From: an uncultured bacterium
GTDB lineage: Bacteria; Chloroflexota; UBA5177; JANWHV01
Reading direction: 5' to 3'
Assembly (NCBI GenBank): GCA_963827235.1
Contig: CAWHAE010000016.1
Span: forward strand, 32,001-96,000
DNA length: 64,000 bases
Part shown: positions 1-9,803 of the stretch, piece after piece
How the letters are laid out: each line of letters begins with the position of its first letter
Numbering within the stretch: position 1 is the first letter of the stretch
The notes under the pieces: generated by a model
The model's database searches: none
What the model saw: the letters and a program-made list of their open reading frames with translations, nothing else
Told to the model about the DNA's origin: nothing
Program-made: the position numbers and the translations under genes

Positions 1-149
1 ATGCCCGAGGCCTTGGAGCTCTTGCCGGCCTCCTCTGCCAGGGTGCACTGCTGCTCGAACGTGAGATCGTGAAAGTAGGACGTGACGAACACGATGATCA
101 GATTCGTGCCCTGCTGCTTCACATAGGCCACTTCAAAGGTGACCGGCAT
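1..149 (-). CDS. Hypothetical protein, 5' part only (runs off the window start)
   Basis: ATG at 149 with GGAG upstream; open frame MPVTFEVAYVKQQGTNLIIVFVTSYFHD... to position 1; absent from the ORF track because it is truncated. Confidence 0.6.
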   Translation of the reverse strand, partial: MPVTFEVAYVKQQGTNLIIVFVTSYFHDLTFEQQCTLAEEAGKSSKASG

Positions 150-279
150 CTACTGTTCTCTCGCTCCAACATTCCACCAAAGGTCCGCCCGGCGTCCGAA
201 TACACGGTAACGCGCCACACCGCCGGCGTATACCACCGATTTTGGGGATGCCGCGGCGGCTTGCACCGATCGCGCAAGC

Positions 280-318
280 TTGTGCGGAATATGCGCGAGG
301 CGTAGTATCGATATATCG
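280..318 (+). promoter_or_regulatory. Sigma70-like promoter with adjacent palindromic operator, probably PadR autoregulation
   Basis: TTGTGC(280)-N17-TAGTAT(303), immediately followed by the perfect palindrome CGATATATCG (309-318), upstream of the PadR gene. Confidence 0.6.
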
Positions 319-355
319 CTAGCAGTCGCCATAGATCGTCAAGGAGGGATCTGCA

Positions 356-928
356 ATGGCAACTTCGATGTGTTGGGGTCCAAAAACATACTGGGGAGGG
401 TTCTTCTGGATGAACGGTTTCGGACGACGGTTTGGCATGCGACCCGAGCGGCTCTTCGGACGGGGAGACATCAAGTTCCTGCTTCTCGACCTGCTCAAGG
501 AACGGCCCATGCATGGATACGAGATGATCAAGGAGCTCGAGACCCGTTTCTCGGGCTTCTACTCGCCGAGTCCCGGATCCGTTTACCCAACGCTGCAGAT
601 GCTCGAAGATCGCGGATATGTGGGATCGGTCAGCCAAGATGGCAAGCGCGTCTATTCGCTGACCGACGAAGGGCGCGCCTATCTGGAGGAGCGCACCAGA
701 GACCAGCATGCGAGGCATTGGGGGCCACCAGAGTTCGGCACGTCGCCGGAGGTGCGAGCCTTCGGCAAGGAAGTGTTCGAGTTTGGCCGCGCCGTCGTGC
801 AGGCAGCCAGGACATCTTCCGGCGACCCGGCCAAGCTGGCACGCTTGCGCGACGTCATCGACCGCGCCCGCCGAGAGATCTACGGCATTCTGGCCGAGCC
901 TCCCGCGCCGCCGCCGACCGAAGTGTAA
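356..928 (+). CDS. PadR family transcriptional regulator
   Basis: RGDIKFLLLDLLKERPMHGYEMIKELE...PSPGSVYPTLQMLED...GKRVYSLTDEG; AAGGAGG RBS. Confidence 0.93.
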   Translation: MATSMCWGPKTYWGGFFWMNGFGRRFGMRPERLFGRGDIKFLLLDLLKERPMHGYEMIKELETRFSGFYSPSPGSVYPTLQMLEDRGYVGSVSQDGKRVYSLTDEGRAYLEERTRDQHARHWGPPEFGTSPEVRAFGKEVFEFGRAVVQAARTSSGDPAKLARLRDVIDRARREIYGILAEPPAPPPTEV

Positions 929-943
929 CACCCTGGCCCTGCT

Positions 944-985
944 CGCTCCCGGATGGTCCCCGGCGCCGGTGGCCATCCGGGAGCG
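944..985 (+). terminator. GC-rich hairpin after padR
   Basis: CGCTCCCGGATGG ... CCATCCGGGAGCG, 13-bp perfect stem, no U-tract. Confidence 0.45.
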
Positions 986-1106
986 CCTGCTCCGGTGCCT
1001 TGACCGCGGCTCTCCCGGGCACCGCTTCAAGCATGGACGCGTCCGTGCTACTATGCGACTGTGCCGTCGCCCAGGGCCGGCCTAGCGTGCATGGAAGGGG
1101 AAGTAC

Positions 1107-1706
1107 GTGGTCGAGGTTGCCAAATCCGCGGCCAGCTCTACCACCAACTGGCTCGATCCCGCCATTGTCGGCGTGATCGCCGTTTCGGGCATCTTTGGAC
1201 TCTTTCGCGGACTGCTACGCACCATTGCCGGCATCGCGGGAGTCGTTCTGGGAGCGCTGTTTGCCGGTCAACTGGCGGCCAAGGTCGACCCAGTGCTCAA
1301 GCAGGCCGGTATCCAGCACCCTGCTGTCAACGGACGGTGGGCCTTCCTGATCGCCTTTATCGCCATCGTAGTCGTGGTAGAGATCGCCGCCAATCTGCTG
1401 GTGTGGGTCGAGCGCTTCCTCATGCTCGGCTGGGTGGACCGAGTGGGAGGCCTGGTACTCGGGCTTGCACGGGGCGTTCTGCTGAGCATGATTCTACTTG
1501 CCGCCGTCGCACAGTTCGACTCGACCGAGTTCAACCAGCAGGCCCGCCAGTCGCAAATCGCCGAATGGATGTGGGACAACGCTCCATCTCTGGTCAACAT
1601 GCTGCCGGCAGGCATGCGCGAGAGCACGATCCGGCTGATCAAGGACAATGCTCCCTTCCTGGGCGAGCCAATCAGCATACCGCCGGCGCCGACGAAGCTT
1701 CCCTGA
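1107..1706 (+). CDS. cvpA: CvpA family membrane protein
   Basis: NWLD...GLFRGLLR...DRVGGLVLGLARG pattern, four hydrophobic segments. Confidence 0.85.
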   Translation: MVEVAKSAASSTTNWLDPAIVGVIAVSGIFGLFRGLLRTIAGIAGVVLGALFAGQLAAKVDPVLKQAGIQHPAVNGRWAFLIAFIAIVVVVEIAANLLVWVERFLMLGWVDRVGGLVLGLARGVLLSMILLAAVAQFDSTEFNQQARQSQIAEWMWDNAPSLVNMLPAGMRESTIRLIKDNAPFLGEPISIPPAPTKLP

Positions 1707-2030
1707 TGGTGCTCCGAGCGTTCGGCAGGCCTGACGTCCCGGAGGCGGCCAGCGTTTGGACCGCGCCACGAGCCGTACTTGCAGCCGCAGGCAACATTGA
1801 CGCCTGCCGTCCGTGGCCACGCGAAACGTGAAGTATCACCGGACGACGATATCGGTGCCGGCACGGAACGGCCGTAGTAGTAATCCGAGTAATACAGTCA
1901 ATTTCATATAGATAAGCTCGGGGTGTGGTATCTTGAGTTAGCTGGGACCGCGATCGGGCCGGCCGCGAGCACGACGGCCTGCACCAGGAGCGGTTTTGCC
2001 TATCGCTCGAGCAGCCAAGGTGGTGTCGCC

Positions 2031-2252
2031 ATGGAAGACTTGATTCGGATCGCAACGGACGCTGCGCGGCTGGCGCTCGCCGGCTGGTCGCCCGAGGACC
2101 CGCGCGCGCTGGAGGACCTTGCTTCGGCGATCGGCCAAGCAGTCGCGGCCGGCATTCAGCGGCATGAGGAGTCAAATGCGCGGCACATTGCGCGCGCCAT
2201 GGCCGGCGTCGGAGATGACGACGACCCAGGCACTTTCGACTGGCAGGTGTAG
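2031..2252 (+). CDS. Small hypothetical protein (73 aa)
   Basis: ATG 2031 with AAGGTGG RBS; AT-rich promoter-like patch at ~1875-1940; helical sequence with acidic tail. Confidence 0.55.
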   Translation: MEDLIRIATDAARLALAGWSPEDPRALEDLASAIGQAVAAGIQRHEESNARHIARAMAGVGDDDDPGTFDWQV

Positions 2253-2457
2253 CCGCCGCGGCGTCTCGTTCGGGTACTGGCCGCGTCACCTGCTACACTG
2301 AATGCCGTAACCCGCTCCGCGGAAAGATAGGTGTCCGCCGCCGATGGGGGCGAACACATGCAGCGCCATATCCGTGTTCTTGCCGAGCGGTGACGCCGCT
2401 AGAAGTCGGACCGCCGTCAGGGGGGCTGACCGCGACGTCTCGTGGAGGTTCGACCGA

Positions 2458-3834
2458 ATGACAGTGGCCATCGTGCTGGCGGCCGGCAAGGGAACCCGTA
2501 TGAAGTCGGACTTGCCCAAGGTCGCGCACAAGGTGGCCGGGCTGCCCATGATCGCTCACTTGCAGCGCACTATTTCGTCGGTGCCCGATCTGGCGCCGCT
2601 GTATGTGCTCGGCCACGGGCACGAGATCGTCCGGGAACTGCTTCCAGCCGAGGTGCATGTAGTCTTGCAGGCTGAGCAACGCGGCACCGGCCACGCGGTG
2701 AGCATCGCCCTCGCCGCGCTCGATGCTTCCTGTTCCGAAGTGCTGATCCTCTACGGAGACATGCCGTTGGTCACGGCCGCGGCGTTGGCACGGCTCCGGG
2801 ATCTGCATCGAGAGTCCGGCGCCGCGGTGACTGTGCAGTCGGCCATCGTGCAGCGGCCGCAGGGTTACGGTCGCATTGTTCGCGACGCCGCTGGCGCGCC
2901 CACCGCCATCGTGGAAGATAAATGGCTGAGCGAGGACCAGCGAGCGATCGACGAGATTAACACCGGGCTCTACGTCATCGACGTGCCCTGGCTGCGGTCT
3001 GCGTTGCCGGCGCTGCCGCGGCACGGAGACGACGAAGTATATCTCACCGACGTCGCGGAGATGGCGGCCGTGTCCGGTCGCCTGACGGTCGCGCTGAGCG
3101 AGGCCGCCGACGACTTCATGGGGATCAACGACCGGGCCGGACTGGCGGCGGCGGAGGCAATCATGCGGCGGCGCGTGAACGAGGCGCTCATGGCTGCAGG
3201 CGTCACGCTCGTCGATCCCTGTACCGCCTACATCGCGGCAGATGCCACGATCGGCATGGATTCCGTGATCGAGCCGAACGTGATTCTCGAGGCCGGAGTG
3301 ACGATAGGGGAGCGATGTCTGATCGGCTCCCAGACGCGGATCGTCGGCTCCTCGATCGGCAGCGACAGCACGATCATGTCGTCGCACGTCGAGTTCTCGG
3401 AGTTGGGCCGGCACGTGCATGTTGGACCCTTTTCGCACCTGCGGCCGGGAACGACGCTGGCCGACCATGTCCACATGGGAAACTTCGCCGAGACCAAGAA
3501 CAGCTCTCTGGGCCCAGGGACCAAGATGGGCCACTTCAGCTACCTCGGCGACACCACCACCGGCAGCGACGTGAACGTCGGCGCCGGCACGATCACGGCC
3601 AATTACGATGGCACGACAAAACACAAAACAACTATCGGTGACCGTGTGTTCCTTGGCGTCGGCACCATGCTCCGAGCGCCGATCTCCGTCGGTCGGGGCG
3701 CCTACACCGGTGCCGGCAGCGTCGTGTTGCACGACGTGCCCGACAATGTCACCGTGGCCGGCACGCCTGCCCACCAACTGAGGTCTGGCCGAGCGACGGG
3801 CGAGCCGGCACAAGCAAAGCAGAGTGAGGAGTAA
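2458..3834 (+). CDS. glmU: Bifunctional UDP-GlcNAc pyrophosphorylase / glucosamine-1-phosphate N-acetyltransferase
   Basis: LAAGKGTRMKS..PKV, GTGHAV, YGRIVR, EINTG, hexapeptide repeats, NVGAGTITANYDG; GGAGG RBS. Confidence 0.97.
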   Translation: MTVAIVLAAGKGTRMKSDLPKVAHKVAGLPMIAHLQRTISSVPDLAPLYVLGHGHEIVRELLPAEVHVVLQAEQRGTGHAVSIALAALDASCSEVLILYGDMPLVTAAALARLRDLHRESGAAVTVQSAIVQRPQGYGRIVRDAAGAPTAIVEDKWLSEDQRAIDEINTGLYVIDVPWLRSALPALPRHGDDEVYLTDVAEMAAVSGRLTVALSEAADDFMGINDRAGLAAAEAIMRRRVNEALMAAGVTLVDPCTAYIAADATIGMDSVIEPNVILEAGVTIGERCLIGSQTRIVGSSIGSDSTIMSSHVEFSELGRHVHVGPFSHLRPGTTLADHVHMGNFAETKNSSLGPGTKMGHFSYLGDTTTGSDVNVGAGTITANYDGTTKHKTTIGDRVFLGVGTMLRAPISVGRGAYTGAGSVVLHDVPDNVTVAGTPAHQLRSGRATGEPAQAKQSEE

Positions 3835-3839
3835 CCCGC

Positions 3840-4778
3840 ATGGAGGGCTCGCTGCAGGTATTCAGCGGCTCCGCGAACCCGGCACTGGCCGGCGAGATCA
3901 CTGAAATTCTGGGCATCCCGATCGGGCGCGCCTTCGTCGGCACGTTCAGAGACGAGGAGACCCGGGTACGCATTGAGGACAACGTCCGGGGAGCGGATGT
4001 CTTCGTCGTGCAGCCGACCTGCCGCCCGGTCGATCACCATATCATGGAGCTCCTGATCATGATCGAGGCCTTGCGGCGGGCCTCCGCGCGCCGCATCACG
4101 GCGGTCATTCCCTATTTCGGGTACTCACGACAGGAGAAGAAGAGCGTCGGTCGAGAGCCGATCACGGGCAGGCTGGTCGCCAACCTGATCACCGTGGCAG
4201 GTGCCAACCGGGTGCTCACGCTCGATTTGCACACGCCGGCAATCGAGGGATTCTTCGACATTCCCGTCGACCATTTGCGTTCGGCGAACGTCATGGTAGC
4301 GCACTGCAAGCAGATGAATCTCGACAACGTCGTCGTGGTCTCTCCGGATCCCGGTGGAGTTCTGCGGGCGAATGACTTTCGGGCTCGGCTCGGCGCCTCG
4401 CTGGCGATCATCGCCAAGCAACGGCCCGCTCCGGACGTGGCCGAGATCATCGAGATGGTCGGCGAAGTGCGGGATAGAAATGCCGTGATCGTCGACGACA
4501 TCATTTCTACCGGCGGCACGCTGATCGAGGCAGCCGATATGCTCATGGAGCGCGGTGCCCGTGCCGTCTATGCATTCGGTGTCCACGCGACCCTGGCCGG
4601 CCGCGCCGCCGAGCTGATCGCGGAGAGCTGCATCCGCCGCGTGGTAGTAACCAACTCGATCCCGGTTACAGAGGCTCAAAAGGGTGATAAGATCGAAGTA
4701 CTGACCATCGCGCCGCTGATCGCCGAGGCAATCAAGCGAATACACGAAGATGCCTCGGTGAGCGCTCTCTTCAGATAG
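3840..4778 (+). CDS. prs: Ribose-phosphate pyrophosphokinase
   Basis: PYFGYSRQ, DLH..IEGFF, VSPDPGG, IVDDIISTGGT; canonical glmU-prs order. Confidence 0.97.
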   Translation: MEGSLQVFSGSANPALAGEITEILGIPIGRAFVGTFRDEETRVRIEDNVRGADVFVVQPTCRPVDHHIMELLIMIEALRRASARRITAVIPYFGYSRQEKKSVGREPITGRLVANLITVAGANRVLTLDLHTPAIEGFFDIPVDHLRSANVMVAHCKQMNLDNVVVVSPDPGGVLRANDFRARLGASLAIIAKQRPAPDVAEIIEMVGEVRDRNAVIVDDIISTGGTLIEAADMLMERGARAVYAFGVHATLAGRAAELIAESCIRRVVVTNSIPVTEAQKGDKIEVLTIAPLIAEAIKRIHEDASVSALFR

Positions 4779-4808
4779 ACGCATGGCCGGCGACGGAGAA
4801 AGGCCTTA

Positions 4809-6209
4809 GTGGTCGCTGATCTTCTGGCTCACGCGGCCGGCTTGACCGCCGGCGGCGCGTTCGGCCAACCCGTGCTGGCGCTTGCCGGCCACGGCTGGGA
4901 CAGTGGTGACACCGCACAGGCCGTTGGGCTGCTGGCCTGTCTGATCATGTCGGCGCTGGCCAATGGCGCTGAGACCGCCCTCACGTCGATCAGCCGGCTG
5001 CGCACGCGACATCTGCTCGACCAGGGCGTCAAGGGCAGCGCTATCGTAGCCGACCTTACACGGGATCCCAACCAATTCCTCTCTGCCATACTGATCGTGA
5101 ACAGCGTGGCCATCATCGTGGCCTCTACGCTGGCAACGCTGATCCTGGTCGGGCTGTTGGGCGACAGCCTGGGCGCGGTGGCGGCGCCGATCATCACTTC
5201 CGCCGTGGTGCTCGTCTTCGTCGAGATCATTCCCAAAACGTTAGCAATCCACACCGCCGAGCCCACGGCGCTGCGATTTGCCCGGCCGGTAACCGCGCTC
5301 ACCACGTTCCTCAGGCCAATTATCAGTCTGCTCCGCTCCCTGACAAACCTGGTGATGCGTTTGCTGGGTATCAAGCCGCGCACCGGTCCGTTCGTCACCG
5401 AGGACGAGCTCATCTCGCTCGTGTCACTGAGCGAACAGCAGGGCGTGATCGAGGAAGACGAGAAAGAGATGATCCACGGCGTGATCGAGTTCGAGGAGAC
5501 GATGGCCCGCGAGGTCATGGTGCCGCGCGTGCGCATCACCGCCGTGCAGGCTGATCGAACGGTGAAGGAGGCGGTCGACATCGCCCTGGAGAACGGTCGC
5601 TCCCGTATTCCGGTCTACGCCGAGTCTATCGACAAGGTCACCGGCATCATTTATGTCAAGGACCTCTTGAAGGCGTTTCGCGACGGACAGCAGGACATGC
5701 AGGTGCGCGAGCTAGCTCGCAAGGCCTTCGAGGTGCCGGAGACCAAGCGGGTCGGCGATCTGTTTCGCGAGTTCCAGGCGATGAAGATACATATCGCCAT
5801 CGTGATCGACGAGTCGGGCGGCACAGCCGGGCTCGTGACCATCGAGGATCTCCTCGAGGAGATCGTCGGCGAGATCCAGGACGAGTACGATAAACCGGGC
5901 TCAGAGCCAACTATCGAGCGCACCGGCCCGGACGAGTTCGTCGTGGACGGGCGCATCAACCTCGAGGACCTTGACGACGAGATCGATCTGGAGCTGAAGT
6001 CCGAGGACTACGACACGCTCAACGGCTTCATCATCGACCGGCTCGAAGAACTGCCGACGGTCGGCGCCGAGATCCAGGTCGATGGGCAGGCGGTGATCAA
6101 GGTGCTGAGCGTGGCCAACCGGCACGCCGACAAGGTGCTGATCAAGAGACTGGCCAGGTCGACCGGCGACGTGGAGCAAGAGATCCCCGAGCGTACCTCC
6201 CGAGACTAG
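4809..6209 (+). CDS. CNNM/hemolysin-family membrane protein (DUF21-CBS-CBS-CorC_HlyC)
   Basis: AETALTS, EIIPKT, REVMVPR, SRIPVY, IDESGGTAGLVTIEDLLEEIVGEIQDEYD. Confidence 0.93.
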   Translation: MVADLLAHAAGLTAGGAFGQPVLALAGHGWDSGDTAQAVGLLACLIMSALANGAETALTSISRLRTRHLLDQGVKGSAIVADLTRDPNQFLSAILIVNSVAIIVASTLATLILVGLLGDSLGAVAAPIITSAVVLVFVEIIPKTLAIHTAEPTALRFARPVTALTTFLRPIISLLRSLTNLVMRLLGIKPRTGPFVTEDELISLVSLSEQQGVIEEDEKEMIHGVIEFEETMAREVMVPRVRITAVQADRTVKEAVDIALENGRSRIPVYAESIDKVTGIIYVKDLLKAFRDGQQDMQVRELARKAFEVPETKRVGDLFREFQAMKIHIAIVIDESGGTAGLVTIEDLLEEIVGEIQDEYDKPGSEPTIERTGPDEFVVDGRINLEDLDDEIDLELKSEDYDTLNGFIIDRLEELPTVGAEIQVDGQAVIKVLSVANRHADKVLIKRLARSTGDVEQEIPERTSRD

Positions 6210-6388
6210 TCTGGGCCGGCGTGCCGAAATTCACTGCTTGCACTATTTGTGGCGCTCGCAGTCTGGACAGGCCGGCAAATTCCGAGTTGCAGGAGGCGTA
6301 ACAGCGGGTTGCGGCTAGGCTGAAGAGGTTATTGCGCAAGGGCTGAGCTGCATCTACACTGCCCGTAAGGGTTGTCGTGCCCACTTAG

Positions 6389-7759
6389 GTGATTGGCGGA
6401 GGGGTGAGCGTAGCTACAAAGCAAGATCTCGTCCTCAGGCTCCTTCCCGACGAAAGTGCGTTGCAGCTCCTGGTGCCCAAGAGGTCGACGAGCATGAGCA
6501 TGCTCGATCTCTACACACAGCTCTGCACCGAGTGCGAGCGCATGGGATTGATCAGTCCGCCGTCCTTCTCGCATATTGCCGCGGCCCTCGAACAGTCGAC
6601 ACCCGGCGAGTGGATGAGTGTTCTGGAGCAGGTTCCCCCCGTGCCGGCGACCGACGGCAGGCTCGAGCTGCTGATCGAGGTGCCGGTGATCGCTGCCGGC
6701 GACACATTCCGCATGAACCGGATGGCCGTGAGGGCCGGCACGCCACTGGCCAGGAAGCATTTCGGTCGTCCGGGCAAGCCAGGAAACGATCTTCGGCGCG
6801 GGCCCGTACAGCCGAGGGCTCCGAAGGACCCTCAGCTTCCGGCAGGAGCAAACACCAAGCTGGCCGAGGATCGGATGACGCTGGTGGCCGCGTGCGACGG
6901 CGAGGCTGTATTCCAGCACTTGAGAATCAGCGTGTATCCCTCGCTTGTGCATGAGGGCGACCTGGCACCGAATAGCAAGATCGAGTCGACCACGCTGCCT
7001 ATCTTCATCGGCGGCTCTGTCTCCGAGGGCGCACGCGTCACCGCCGACTCAGACATCTTCGTCCGGGGCAACGTCGTCGAAGCGCAATTGCTGAGCAAGG
7101 CGGCAGCGGTCACCGTGGCCGGTGTGGTGACCGGCACGCCCTTGAGGAAGGCAAGAGTGCGATCGGCAACCGCGGTCACGCTCGACCAGGCCCGTTTGGC
7201 CGCCGTCGACACCCGGGGCGACATCCACTTGCGCACGCAAGCGTGGCAGTGCGACCTGATAGCCGCCGGCGATCTCCACCTCTCCACGACCATGCAGAAC
7301 GGCCTGCATCACGTCGAGCTCGACGTGGCCGGTCACATCCGCCCTCTCCTGGAGCCTTCGCCTGCGGTGAACCGGAACGAGCGGCAGTACATTCGCGTGC
7401 CCTGCTCGCTGCCAGCCAAGATCAGCCTGCACGATCTCGCCAAAGCCGACTACATGAACTGCACCGCAGTGGACATCAGTCCGGGCGGTGTGCGCTGTCG
7501 CATTTCGCGGGACATCGCCAGGCCGGCCGATGGCGACTTGGTACAGCTCAAGCTTGCGCTGCCTGGATTGCCCCAACCGGCTCATCTGATCGGAAAGACG
7601 GTGTGGAGGGAGGAAGACATCATCGGCGTGCAGTTCCTGCAGTACACCCGCGAGGACCACGATCGTGTGAGCGCCTTCTGCAGGCAGTTGCTGGCCAAGA
7701 ATCCCACCGCGCGGTTCACGTCCTCGGCGCAGCGCCGGCAGATGCGCGACGACGCATAG
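6389..7759 (+). CDS. FapA (DUF342)-like protein with C-terminal PilZ domain
   Basis: GKPG.D..G...L.AGANT....D...LVAACDG and I.G.V..GA.V.A..DI.V.G.V beta-helix; C-terminal ERQYIRVP (RxxxR) and DISPGG (DxSxxG). Confidence 0.8.
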   Translation: MIGGGVSVATKQDLVLRLLPDESALQLLVPKRSTSMSMLDLYTQLCTECERMGLISPPSFSHIAAALEQSTPGEWMSVLEQVPPVPATDGRLELLIEVPVIAAGDTFRMNRMAVRAGTPLARKHFGRPGKPGNDLRRGPVQPRAPKDPQLPAGANTKLAEDRMTLVAACDGEAVFQHLRISVYPSLVHEGDLAPNSKIESTTLPIFIGGSVSEGARVTADSDIFVRGNVVEAQLLSKAAAVTVAGVVTGTPLRKARVRSATAVTLDQARLAAVDTRGDIHLRTQAWQCDLIAAGDLHLSTTMQNGLHHVELDVAGHIRPLLEPSPAVNRNERQYIRVPCSLPAKISLHDLAKADYMNCTAVDISPGGVRCRISRDIARPADGDLVQLKLALPGLPQPAHLIGKTVWREEDIIGVQFLQYTREDHDRVSAFCRQLLAKNPTARFTSSAQRRQMRDDA

Positions 7760-7773
7760 GCTGATCGCCGCTT

Positions 7774-8541
7774 CTACGCGAGGTCCAGCAAGTCGAAGAC
7801 CAGGCCGTCGCGGCACAGCCTGCGAGGGCCGGCTCGCGTCTCGACAAAGCAGAGCCCGCAGGCTCCCACACCGCACACCACGTGACGCGGTACGAGGATG
7901 GCCTGCGCAAAGCCGCGAGGAAGTCGCAGCAGCCGGCGACGCAGCAGACTGGCAAGATCGAGCACAAGTCGGCGCCCCCCGGCGACGTAGAGGGCGTCCG
8001 GCCACGACGAGATCTGTTCGATCGATCGCAGCAGATCCTGTCCGCTTGAGCCCCGATCTCCGGCGAGCCGGAACTCGACTTCAGCCGGTAGCGCCGAAGC
8101 AGGCAGCGGTGAGGTAGACTCGCCAGGCGACGCAAGGTAGACGACCTCGATGCCCTTTCCGACCAGAAACCGCGCAAGCCAAAGCAGCGGGGCGCCGGAC
8201 GACCCCGCGTCTACGAGCAATGCCCTCCTGGCGCGGTTGTCGATCGTGAAGCCCTTGCCCAGCGGGCCTGTGACTATGAGGGGCAACGAACATCCGGCGA
8301 CGATTCGCCAGCGCGCGGCAGTGTCAGCGTCCTGTGCAACGCAGTCGATGGTCGATGCACCGGCGTCCAGCGCGACGGGCACGAAGGCGTCGGGAAGCAT
8401 CTGCGCGAACAGTGATCTCGTAGCGCAGAGGACATATTGCCCCGGCCGCAACTGCTGAAGGCCCGGCACCAGCAGCGTGAATCCGGTCACGCCGGGCCAG
8501 GGAGCGTGTACGCTGCTGACCGTTCCGGAGCGCACATTCAT
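7774..8541 (-). CDS. Dihydroorotate dehydrogenase electron-transfer subunit-like (PyrK-like FAD/NAD, 2Fe-2S) protein
   Basis: PGQYV, GPLGKGF, CGVGACGLC...RLCRDG; start uncertain (8541 or up to 8652). Confidence 0.8.
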   Translation of the reverse strand: MNVRSGTVSSVHAPWPGVTGFTLLVPGLQQLRPGQYVLCATRSLFAQMLPDAFVPVALDAGASTIDCVAQDADTAARWRIVAGCSLPLIVTGPLGKGFTIDNRARRALLVDAGSSGAPLLWLARFLVGKGIEVVYLASPGESTSPLPASALPAEVEFRLAGDRGSSGQDLLRSIEQISSWPDALYVAGGRRLVLDLASLLRRRLLRLPRGFAQAILVPRHVVCGVGACGLCFVETRAGPRRLCRDGLVFDLLDLA

Positions 8542-8715
8542 GAACAGGTCGCGGGCCGGCTCACATATGAATCTCGAAGGCTCGCGCGGGGCGCTGGTAT
8601 AACCGCGCGCCGCCCGACCGGCGGGCAAGCCGCTTGCCGCCGTAATTGCCAAGCCGCGAGCACACCGGGGCTCGTACGCATGTGGCAGGCTGCCGGCCGC
8701 GCCGCCGGCGCTAGC

Positions 8716-9462
8716 TCACTCCCTGTCGACGCCGCCATTAGCCTGGGCGAGCGCCGCTTGGCGCTCGCGGATGATCCGTATGACCCGCGTCGTCGAGGCG
8801 CTCTGCGTCACGGACCAGACGGCGAAGAAGAAAAGCACGCCGCCGACCGGAATTGCGATGAGCAGCGCGCTCACCAGGAGCAATGCGACCAACATGATGA
8901 TCGTGCTGCCGGGAGCAAGGATGGCCATGGCAACCGCGTTACGGATTACCAACCGCACGTCGATATCGCGCACCAGGAGCGGCCAGGCATAGCACCCCGC
9001 CAGCGCCCAGAGGACTGTCAGCAACAGAATGACCATCTCGGCAGCGAACGCCAGGGTGCCCCCAGTGCTCGAATAGAACCTGATCGAGAGTGCCAGAATG
9101 CCGCCGCTGAGCACCTGCACGCTAAGGAGCAGCCAACTGCGGCGAGCGTACTTCCGCATACCGGCGACGTAGCGCGCGAGCGACGTGCTCTCGCCCTCCG
9201 CGAAAAGGGTCCAACCATAGTTGAAGATGCCGGCGAACGCCGGACCGGCGACGCCAACTACAATGACGGCCGCCAACGCGATGCCGACGATCGAGCGCGC
9301 GAAGAGGACGGCCCCGACCAGCAGGCCGAACGCCAGCCCGGCGGCCAGCTGCACGGTGACCAGGAGGTTGAGCAGAATCAGCGATCCGAGATGTTCGTAG
9401 AAGGCGCTGAAAAGCCGCTTGAAGTAGCCCATCTTGATGGGCTCCAGCTCGGTCTGCTCCAT
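8716..9462 (-). CDS. DUF624/YesL-like membrane protein
   Basis: LILLNLL..., GPAFAGIF, multiple TM helices, IRNAVAMAILAP; start uncertain. Confidence 0.65.
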   Translation of the reverse strand: MEQTELEPIKMGYFKRLFSAFYEHLGSLILLNLLVTVQLAAGLAFGLLVGAVLFARSIVGIALAAVIVVGVAGPAFAGIFNYGWTLFAEGESTSLARYVAGMRKYARRSWLLLSVQVLSGGILALSIRFYSSTGGTLAFAAEMVILLLTVLWALAGCYAWPLLVRDIDVRLVIRNAVAMAILAPGSTIIMLVALLLVSALLIAIPVGGVLFFFAVWSVTQSASTTRVIRIIRERQAALAQANGGVDRE

Positions 9463-9803
9463 GCGCACTTCGCGTGCCAGCATATCCCACACGGAGTCCG
9501 AACTCGATCCACCCTCGCCGCCTCCGCCCGAACCATGGCTGTCGTCGAGCGGAGTAGCGGCACCCCAGCCCCGTGCGTCTCTCTCCTGCCGGTCTCGGCG
9601 AAGCCTCGCCATCTCTGCCCCATCTGCAACGAGCGCTCGCCTGCGCACCACCTGCAACGCCCCGGCGCCCTATCGTGCCCCTTCATTCTACTTCGCGCGC
9701 CCAGCCGCGCACAGGGCGGTGCGAGGGCAGTGCAGACGAGCGTCCCACAGGGCAGACAGATTGGCGGTCCGCCGGCGGGTCCTTTGGGACAGTCGGTGGG
9801 CAC

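Noticed and set aside
2300-2457. glmS ribozyme or riboswitch before glmU (AGCGCC plus several hairpins)
   Set aside because: Lacks the GACGAGG core and pseudoknot pairing of glmS; short GC hairpins are expected by chance
6204-6230. Sigma-28 promoter for FapA-PilZ (GCCGAAAT)
   Set aside because: The -10 is plausible but there is no -35 at the proper spacing; too weak to call
6270-6320. c-di-GMP-I riboswitch before FapA-PilZ (GGCAAA...GCGTAA...GGGTTGC)
   Set aside because: No GNRA-capped stem and no second hairpin with a receptor; too short. An Infernal search would settle it
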